A DNA stretch of 64,000 bases from Terriglobia bacterium (lineage in GTDB: Bacteria; Acidobacteriota; Terriglobia; Acidiferrales; UBA7541), in assembly GCA_963695545.1 (NCBI GenBank), contig OY968796.1, positions 256,001 through 320,000 of the forward strand, given 5' to 3'. Both the position numbers and the translations under genes were made by a program. Below, one piece after another: positions 25,142 through 32,127 of the stretch (positions are counted from its first letter, which is position 1; every line of letters begins with the position of its first letter). The notes beneath the pieces were generated by a model, which worked only from the letters and a program-made list of their open reading frames with translations, had not been told where the DNA came from and did no database searches.

Positions 25142-25334
25142 TCTCGATAGCGCTCCATCCGTTTGTGACGGATGACAGTGGACAGGCCTTAGACCTGTCC
25201 CCCAGTCGCGCGGGGCGTCAGCTGCCCCGACGACTTCGGCGGACCCTTCCTGCTAACTGCCCTTTTCGCCCGGCGTCCGATGCTGCTCGGAACCGCTCGC
25301 CGGGCTACTCGTGGCGTCCGCACCTCTACCAAGA
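25142..25334 (-). ncRNA. Lysine riboswitch (L-box)
   Basis: Minus strand TCTTGGTAGAGGTGCG...GAGTA...CGCCGAA...CTGGG...ACTGTC...GGAGCGCTATCGAGA; P1 TCTTGGTAG/CTATCGAGA; directly upstream of the dap genes. Confidence 0.92.
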
Positions 25335-25342
25335 ACGTAAAC

Positions 25343-25372
25343 AGCGTACCTGAGGCGCCGACCGCATGTCAA
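25343..25372 (-). promoter_or_regulatory. sigma70 promoter for the riboswitch-dap transcript
   Basis: TTGACA-18nt-TACGCT ending just before the aptamer P1. Confidence 0.7.
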
Positions 25373-25610
25373 CGGATGGTTGCGAAAACGCCTCGACGGC
25401 CAATCGGCGCTCGGTCTTCCGCGGCGTAGAAACTGTCGATCGGCGGCGCGAGCTTGCGCCGAGTGACGCCGCAGTTTTTATGTTTGATAAACCGGGGTTA
25501 TCAGCATAGAATGCGCTCGGCTCTCTTCCCAGCAAGCACCGGCACAACTCACCTCGGGCAATCATCTGCACGAATCGAGAATGAGTTTTGTGCGCCGAAC
25601 TTGGAGCGTA

Positions 25611-27236
25611 ATGCCGCCAAAAGTCGTACTGCTTAATCCGTCGATGCAGACGGCCGGGTACAGCATCATCACGCCGCGATGGCTATTCGTGATCGCCGAA
25701 GCCACGCCGAGGGATATCGTCGGCGATCCGATTCTGGTCGACGAATCCATCGAAGAATTCAATCCCGACATTCTGCAACCGGGCGACATTGTGGGCATTG
25801 GCATCACGACCGGCAACGTCGCTCCGGCATACGAAGCGCTGCGCAAAGCGAAATCGCGCGGCGCGACGGTGATCGCCGGCGGCATTCACCCCACGATTTT
25901 CCCGGATGAGCCGATCGAAATGGGCGCCGACGCGGTGGTGACCGGCAACGGCGACGTTGTCTGGAGCACGGTGGTGCAAGATGCCGTGCGCGGCACGCTT
26001 CGCAAACATTACGCGGGCGGGCGCGTGCCGGGAGACGGCTTGCTCAAGGCGCGCTGGGATTTGCTCGATCCGCGGCACTATATGTTCGCCACGCTGCAAA
26101 CCGTCGCGGGATGTCCCGAGAATTGCAGCTTCTGTTCGGTGTGGGTGACGGAGGGACGCACGCCGCGGCATCGCCTGGCGGACAAGATCATCGAAGAAGC
26201 CAACGAATTGTACGACCGCGGATTTCGCTTCATCGTGTTCGCCGACGACAATTTCAATCCCTCGACGCTGGGCCGCATCGCGCGCGAGCCGAGCCCGCAA
26301 AAAAGAAAAGAACTCGAACACATCCGGCAGGAGCGCCTGGATTTCTTCGATGAATACGACCGGCGCGTTCCCAAAAATCTGTACGCGTTCACGCAAATGA
26401 CCGTCGAAGCGGTGAGCGACCCCGAGTACCTCACGGCTATGCACGACAAAATGAGGATTCGCGGGGCGCTGGTGGGCGTCGAATCGTTTTCCGAAGAGGG
26501 ACTGAAAAGCGCGAACAAGCAGTGGAATCCCACCGGAAAGAAAATGGTGGAAACCATCCAGAAAATTCAGGACGCCGGAATCTGCGTGCTGAGTTCGATT
26601 ATTTGCGGACTCGAATCCGACACCGTGGAAACGATTCGCACCATGCGCGAGTTCGCGCTCGAATCGGGAACCATGCTGGCGCAATTTCCGGTGTATCACC
26701 CATATCCGGGGACCAAGGATTTTTACGAGATGGTCACGGACATCAAGAATCTGGAGAAGCCCGGATACACGCCGAAACATCAGACGCGAATTCCCGAAGA
26801 ACGATTCTGGCTGAAGAACGTGAATCCGCTCGATCGGATTCACCACGCGAATATCAGCCGCAAGGATCTGCTGACGGAAAATCAAAAATGTTGGAATTCG
26901 TTTTACTGCGTGAGGCAGGCGTGGAGACGCGTGGGAATGGGACGGCCGGGAACGTGGCCGCTGTTCGGAAAATTTACGTACGTGATGATGTGCCTGGCGT
27001 TCCGGCGAATTTACGGCGGACAGGGAATGGCGGCGGATGGCGTGCGCCGCAAGCGACTGGGACTCACGACGAAAATCATCATCAAACTCGGCTTGAGCAC
27101 GTATAACCATTTCTACCGCAAGGAATTGGGCGGCCGCATCGGAAAACCGTGGGCGGGGCCGGCGCATCCCTCGCTTCATCCTTCGGCGCAAGCATCCGTT
27201 CAGCCTTCCGCCGAAACGCCTGTGGCGCCGAACTAG
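25611..27236 (+). CDS. B12-binding domain radical SAM protein
   Basis: AGGIHPT cobalamin-binding region, CPENCSFC CxxxCxxC, FADDNF, GVES, PYPGT. Confidence 0.9.
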   Translation: MPPKVVLLNPSMQTAGYSIITPRWLFVIAEATPRDIVGDPILVDESIEEFNPDILQPGDIVGIGITTGNVAPAYEALRKAKSRGATVIAGGIHPTIFPDEPIEMGADAVVTGNGDVVWSTVVQDAVRGTLRKHYAGGRVPGDGLLKARWDLLDPRHYMFATLQTVAGCPENCSFCSVWVTEGRTPRHRLADKIIEEANELYDRGFRFIVFADDNFNPSTLGRIAREPSPQKRKELEHIRQERLDFFDEYDRRVPKNLYAFTQMTVEAVSDPEYLTAMHDKMRIRGALVGVESFSEEGLKSANKQWNPTGKKMVETIQKIQDAGICVLSSIICGLESDTVETIRTMREFALESGTMLAQFPVYHPYPGTKDFYEMVTDIKNLEKPGYTPKHQTRIPEERFWLKNVNPLDRIHHANISRKDLLTENQKCWNSFYCVRQAWRRVGMGRPGTWPLFGKFTYVMMCLAFRRIYGGQGMAADGVRRKRLGLTTKIIIKLGLSTYNHFYRKELGGRIGKPWAGPAHPSLHPSAQASVQPSAETPVAPN

Positions 27237-27298
27237 CGCGCCATTCAAGCAAATCGCTCCAGCAAACCGTTCTGCCGAACCTCACCAGCAAATAACGA

Positions 27299-29305
27299 TC
27301 AGACCATGCCGCCGGCGCGGCCTTGCGTCAGATTCCAGAGCGTGGCGACGAGAGCGTCGCAATCCTCGCGCGTGTTGTAGAGGGCGAGCGAAGCGCGCAC
27401 GCTGCTTTCAAGACCGAAGCGGCGATGAATCGGCTGGGCGCAGTGATGGCCGGCGCGGACGGCGATGCCTGCGGCGTTGAGCGCGGTGCCGACGTCTTCA
27501 TTGCGGAAACCATCGAGGATAAAGGAGAGCACGCTGGTTTTTTCCTTGGCCGTGCCGATCAGATGAAGTCCGGGAACGGTTTGGAGAGCTTCAATCGCAT
27601 ATTCCAAAAGATCGTGTTCGTAGCGCGAAATGTTGTACATGCCGATGCGCTCGATGTAATCGATCGCCGCGCCGAGGCCGACGGCGTCGGCAATGCTGCC
27701 GGTGCCGGCTTCAAAACGCTGCGGCGGATCGCTGTAAACGGTTTTTTCAAACGTGACATCGGAAATCATGCTGCCGCCCCCTTGCCACGGCGGCATGTGT
27801 TCGAGAGTGTCGAGCTTGCCGTATACCGCGCCGATTCCAGTGGGCGCGAAAACTTTGTGTCCCGAGAAAACATAAAAATCGCAATCGAGCGATTGCATGT
27901 CGGCCTGCATGTGAGAGACGGCTTGCGCGCCGTCGAGGAGAACTTTGGCGCCGACGCGATGCGCGAGCTCAATCATTTTGCGCGCGGGAGTGACGGTGCC
28001 GAGCGCGTTTGAAACTTGCGCGAAGGCCACCAAACGCGTGCGCGGGCCGAGCAGCTTGGCATATTCATCGAGAAGGATTTGGCCCGAATCGTCGACGGGA
28101 GCGACTTTGAGGCGCGCGCCCTTTTCTTTGCAGAGCATTTGCCAGGGCACGATGTTGGCGTGGTGCTCAAGCCAGGTGATCACGATCTCATCGTCTTTCT
28201 GAATGTTCTGGCGTCCCCAGCTTTGCGCGACGAGATTGATGCCTTCGGTCGCCCCGCGCACGAAAATAATTTCGCGCACGTTTCCGGCGTTCAGGAAGCG
28301 GCGGACTTTGGCGCGCGCGCCTTCGTAGGCGTCGGTTGCGCGGGCGGCGAGTTCGTGAGCGGCGCGGTGCACGTTGGAATTTTCGTGGGTGTAAAAATAA
28401 TTCAGGCGATCGATCACGGCTTGCGGTTTTTGGGTGGTCGCGGCGTTATCGAGCCAAACGAGCGGGTGACCATTGACGCGCTCGTTCAGGATCGGAAAAT
28501 CGCGGCGAATCTCTCCGATTTCAAATGGGCGCGAAGACAAACCCAGGTCGGGGATGGACACGGCTTCCGAGCGCAGCGGCTCGACGACGGGAATGACGTC
28601 GACGGATGTGAGCTGGCGGATTCCGTGGACGAAAGCGTCGAAGGTCGGTTGGGCTGTGGCGTCGGGGCGCTGCCAGGATCCGGCAACGAGCGGCGCTGAT
28701 AAAAATTCGGCCCCTGAAAGCGGGATCGCGGTGGGAATTCCACCGGCTGAGGCGGCGGATTCTTTCTCGGGAGCTTTCGTCGATGTGGCCGGAGGCTGCG
28801 AGAGATTGTGCGCGGGGGCGGCGTAGTCGGTGAAAAGCGGGCGAGCATTTTCCAGGAACGAAAAGGAAGTGGGGACGCTTGATCCGGCGAAACCGGATTG
28901 ACCGGGGAATTCCGGGAGCGACACCGCGGGGATGGACGGCTGAAAAAGTGGCACGGTTGGCGAGAGAGGGACGGAGGATTCTCCGACGCCGGAAATCGCA
29001 TCGATGAAATCGGATTCGGTCAGGTCGGAAGCGCTGGGCGGGGCCGCGGCCGGAGCGGATTCTGCTGCGGCGGGGAGCGACGAGGCGTCAGCTACCGATT
29101 CGTTGCCGGACGGTTGAGAAAAGCCGGGGACGGCGGTGAAGAATTCGGTGGCCATGCGCGCGAGAACGGCGGGATCGGGCAAGTTCGCGGGCAAAGCCGC
29201 ACCGCTTGTCCAGTCACTGGCGCTCGCACCGCTCTTTTTCGCGGCGGGCTTAGCGGCTGCGGGCTTCGCCCCGGGCGCTGCGGATTTTGTGTCACTTCGC
29301 GTCAT
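27299..29305 (-). CDS. Family 2A encapsulin cargo cysteine desulfurase (SufS type) with long disordered N-terminus
   Basis: WLDNAATTQKP, FSGHK, RAGHHCAQP; ~250-aa Pro/Ala/Ser-rich extension with LARMATEFF; start overlaps the shell gene end. Confidence 0.95.
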   Translation of the reverse strand: MTRSDTKSAAPGAKPAAAKPAAKKSGASASDWTSGAALPANLPDPAVLARMATEFFTAVPGFSQPSGNESVADASSLPAAAESAPAAAPPSASDLTESDFIDAISGVGESSVPLSPTVPLFQPSIPAVSLPEFPGQSGFAGSSVPTSFSFLENARPLFTDYAAPAHNLSQPPATSTKAPEKESAASAGGIPTAIPLSGAEFLSAPLVAGSWQRPDATAQPTFDAFVHGIRQLTSVDVIPVVEPLRSEAVSIPDLGLSSRPFEIGEIRRDFPILNERVNGHPLVWLDNAATTQKPQAVIDRLNYFYTHENSNVHRAAHELAARATDAYEGARAKVRRFLNAGNVREIIFVRGATEGINLVAQSWGRQNIQKDDEIVITWLEHHANIVPWQMLCKEKGARLKVAPVDDSGQILLDEYAKLLGPRTRLVAFAQVSNALGTVTPARKMIELAHRVGAKVLLDGAQAVSHMQADMQSLDCDFYVFSGHKVFAPTGIGAVYGKLDTLEHMPPWQGGGSMISDVTFEKTVYSDPPQRFEAGTGSIADAVGLGAAIDYIERIGMYNISRYEHDLLEYAIEALQTVPGLHLIGTAKEKTSVLSFILDGFRNEDVGTALNAAGIAVRAGHHCAQPIHRRFGLESSVRASLALYNTREDCDALVATLWNLTQGRAGGMV

Positions 29306-30236
29306 GATAGTTGCCGACTTCAACGTCTTCGAGAGCGGCGATGGCGTCGTCGGTGAGAATCGCGGCCGAGCAATAGAGCGAGATCAAATAGGACGCGAGC
29401 GATTTGTTGTTGATGCCCATGAAGCGGACGGAGAGGCCGGGCGTTTGCTCGCCGGGCAAACCGGGCTGGAAAAGACCGATGACGCCCTGTTTTTTTTCTC
29501 CGACGCGCAGAAGAAGAATATTCGTTTTGCCCTTTTGACCTTTGGGCTTGGCCTGTCCATCGACGTTCAATTTCTCGGTGGGGAAGATGGGGACGCCGCG
29601 CCAGGTGACGAACGGCGAACCGAAGAGCGTGACGGTGGGCGGAGGCACGCCGCGCAGCGTGCATTCGCGGCCGAAGGCGGCGATGGCGCGGGGATGCGCG
29701 AGAAAGAAGGAAGGCTCTTTCCAAACTTTGCTGAGCAATTCATCGAGATCGTCGGGCGTGGGCGAGCCTTTGCGGGCCTTGACGCGCTGCGAGGGCGCGA
29801 CGTTTTTGAGCAGGCCGTAATCGTCGTTGTTGATGAGCTCGCTTTCCTGGCGCTCCTTGACGGTTTCGATGGTGAGGCGAAGCTGTTCTTTGATCTGATC
29901 GTAAGGATTGCTATATAGATCGGAAACGCGGGTTTGGACGTTCAGAACGTTGGAGATGGCGCAGAGCGTGTATTCGCGGGGCTTTTCGTCGTAGTCGACG
30001 AAGGTCTCCGGGAGCGTCTTTTCTTTGGGCTCGGCGCCGCCGCAGGCCACTTCGACTTCTTCTTCGTTGACCACGCGATTCACGCGGAACGTGCCGGCTT
30101 CGAGCGGTTTCCAATCGAGCAGGCGCACGAGCCAGCGCGGCGTGATGGCGCCATATTGCGGCGGAGTCTTGGTGATATTTGCGAGCTGAAATGCTGCGCG
30201 GTCGCCGAGCGCGTGGTGCGGTGTGTTATCAGGCAT
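29292..30236 (-). CDS. Family 2A encapsulin nanocompartment shell protein (SrpI/major membrane protein I-like)
   Basis: ITPRWLVRLLDW, LPETFVDY..PREY, TRVSDLYSNP, PTPDDLDELL, LSVRFMGIN. Confidence 0.95.
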   Translation of the reverse strand: MPDNTPHHALGDRAAFQLANITKTPPQYGAITPRWLVRLLDWKPLEAGTFRVNRVVNEEEVEVACGGAEPKEKTLPETFVDYDEKPREYTLCAISNVLNVQTRVSDLYSNPYDQIKEQLRLTIETVKERQESELINNDDYGLLKNVAPSQRVKARKGSPTPDDLDELLSKVWKEPSFFLAHPRAIAAFGRECTLRGVPPPTVTLFGSPFVTWRGVPIFPTEKLNVDGQAKPKGQKGKTNILLLRVGEKKQGVIGLFQPGLPGEQTPGLSVRFMGINNKSLASYLISLYCSAAILTDDAIAALEDVEVGNYHDAK

Positions 30237-30418
30237 CAGAAATCCCCTTTTGCGGAGTGCGAAAATTGGCTTTCGAGGCGCTGCCATCGAGGGGCAGCAG
30301 TCCGATTCCGCGTGCGCCCGCTATCGTAGCAGGAATGCGCGGGTTGGTGATAATCGAGAGGGGAGGGCGCGACGGAACGCGCGGCGATGGCGCGGATTGG
30401 GCCGGCGGGGAGGAGCGA

Positions 30419-30600
30419 GGTATATATACCCCCCTATGTTTTGCGTAAAAAGCGGAAAACAAAGGGGATGCAGGGAAAGAGTGCGGATGAGTGTGAAAAC
30501 ACAGGGATGTAATCTTGAGTGGAATCAATGAGTTGCGCACTCTTTTGCAAGAGTGTGAAAACAAGGCGCTTACAGGGGCAAAAAGTGAGGAGAAATGCGC
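30419..30600 (-). repeat. Dispersed intergenic element, copy 1 core (homologous to 62390-62570)
   Basis: 30444-30566 reverse complement aligns without gaps to 62424-62546 (92/123 by hand count), including identical 18- and 23-nt blocks. Confidence 0.9.
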
Positions 30601-30686
30601 AGTGAGAGACTCATTGGCGGAGGCGGATGGAGGCGCGAAGGCAGCGCGGGCGTGAAATCGCGGATTTTGTTTTGCGGTCACACCAC

Positions 30687-30715
30687 CTTATAGCATGTAA
30701 GTCAATACATGTCCA
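30687..30715 (-). promoter_or_regulatory. sigma70 promoter reading into element copy 1 (towards the encapsulin operon)
   Basis: TGGACA-17nt-TATAAG with extended -10 TG; GTG 5 nt downstream. Confidence 0.65.
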
Positions 30716-31149
30716 GAGTAATTTGTGAGTATACCATTCGAAAAGTCTGTGGAAATCGATTCGAATGGGATGTGTGGGTGCGGCAAATGCAACTGTCGGA
30801 GCCTTAACTTCGAGCGTAGGATTCGCCGGGCCTGCTTCTGGCACTCATCACGAGCTCGTTGCGGGGCGCGGAAACGAAAGCGTCGAATCGAATAAAGCGC
30901 AAATCGAGAATGGAGAAGGAAAAGTGCGTGAGAAACGAGTTCGAGAAGTGCAATTTTAGGCCTTAGGATTTTCCCGTAGCCGCCGAAAAGGCCATGCCGT
31001 TGAGAACGTCGCTGGAGGCTTGAAAAGCGAAACAGTCAAATGTAAATTGGCGGTCGCCGAAAGGTCAAAACGGAAATTGCGGATAAAATGCCGCTCAATC
31101 GGAAAGGCTGCGAACTAGCCGTCTCTTCAAAACGTCGGAGGGAGCTTTA

Positions 31150-31968
31150 ATGAATCCAAACAAAGCGTTATGGGAAAAAGGCGATTTCACTGCGCTTTCC
31201 TCGGCCTTCATGCGCCCATCGGGAGAAGCCTTGGTGAAGTCTCTAGGCGTCTTGCCTTCCATGCGGGTTTTAGACCTCGGCTGCGGAGACGGCACCACGG
31301 CTGTCCCTCTCGCCCGTGCCGGGGCCGAAGTTCTGGGAATCGACATCGCCTCAAATCTGGTGGCTGCGGGAAATAAGCGCGCCGCTGAGGCCGGACTTAC
31401 CCGATTGAAATTCCAAGAGGGAGACGCCTGCATTTTGGAAGGCATCGCCGATCGATCCTTTGATTTGACCATCTCCGTCTTTGGCGCGATGTTTGCTCCC
31501 AAACCGTTCGATGTGGCCAAGCAGATGGTCCGGGTCACAAAGCCGAGCGGCCGCATCGTGATGGGCAACTGGATCCCAAACGATTTGACTTCATTCGTCT
31601 CGCAACTTTTGAAGATCAGCTCGGCCTTCACGCCTCCTCCTCCGGAAGGCTTCATCAGCCCAATGACCTGGGGCGTCGAAAGCCACATTGTCGAGCGATT
31701 TGGCCAGGCCGGCGTGCCCAAGGAAAAAATTTCCATGGTCAGAGACACCTTTGTGTTTACGTCGCCTGAGCTAAGCCCAACGGATTTCATCGAGATTTTC
31801 CGGCGATTCTATGGCCCCACCATGAATGCCTACGAAGCCGCGGGGAAAAATGGAAAAGTCGAGGAACTCCACGCTCAGCTTCTGGAACTCGCCAAGGCCG
31901 AGAACAAAAGCGCAAACGGCGGCATCTCCATCCCCGCCACGTTCATGCGAGTAACCATCAACCTTTGA
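31150..31968 (+). CDS. Class I SAM-dependent methyltransferase
   Basis: VLDLGCGDG motif I, EGDA, SVFGAMFAP. Confidence 0.92.
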   Translation: MNPNKALWEKGDFTALSSAFMRPSGEALVKSLGVLPSMRVLDLGCGDGTTAVPLARAGAEVLGIDIASNLVAAGNKRAAEAGLTRLKFQEGDACILEGIADRSFDLTISVFGAMFAPKPFDVAKQMVRVTKPSGRIVMGNWIPNDLTSFVSQLLKISSAFTPPPPEGFISPMTWGVESHIVERFGQAGVPKEKISMVRDTFVFTSPELSPTDFIEIFRRFYGPTMNAYEAAGKNGKVEELHAQLLELAKAENKSANGGISIPATFMRVTINL

Positions 31969-32127
31969 GCTTCATTCGAATCGTGGCCTCCGCGCGCGGC
32001 TGAAGCTTAGGTGATATCCGCAAGGCGAGTTCAAACCGAGAAGTATCCAATTGAGGATGCCGGATAAATCCGTGCCCTGCTAAAGACCATTTATGAGACG
32101 GCTTCCAGGCGTTCTTTTTTAGCCGCG

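Noticed and set aside
30419..30600. Element sub-repeats as a mini-CRISPR array
   Set aside because: Units are degenerate and unevenly spaced, the linkers are conserved between copies rather than unique, and no cas gene is present
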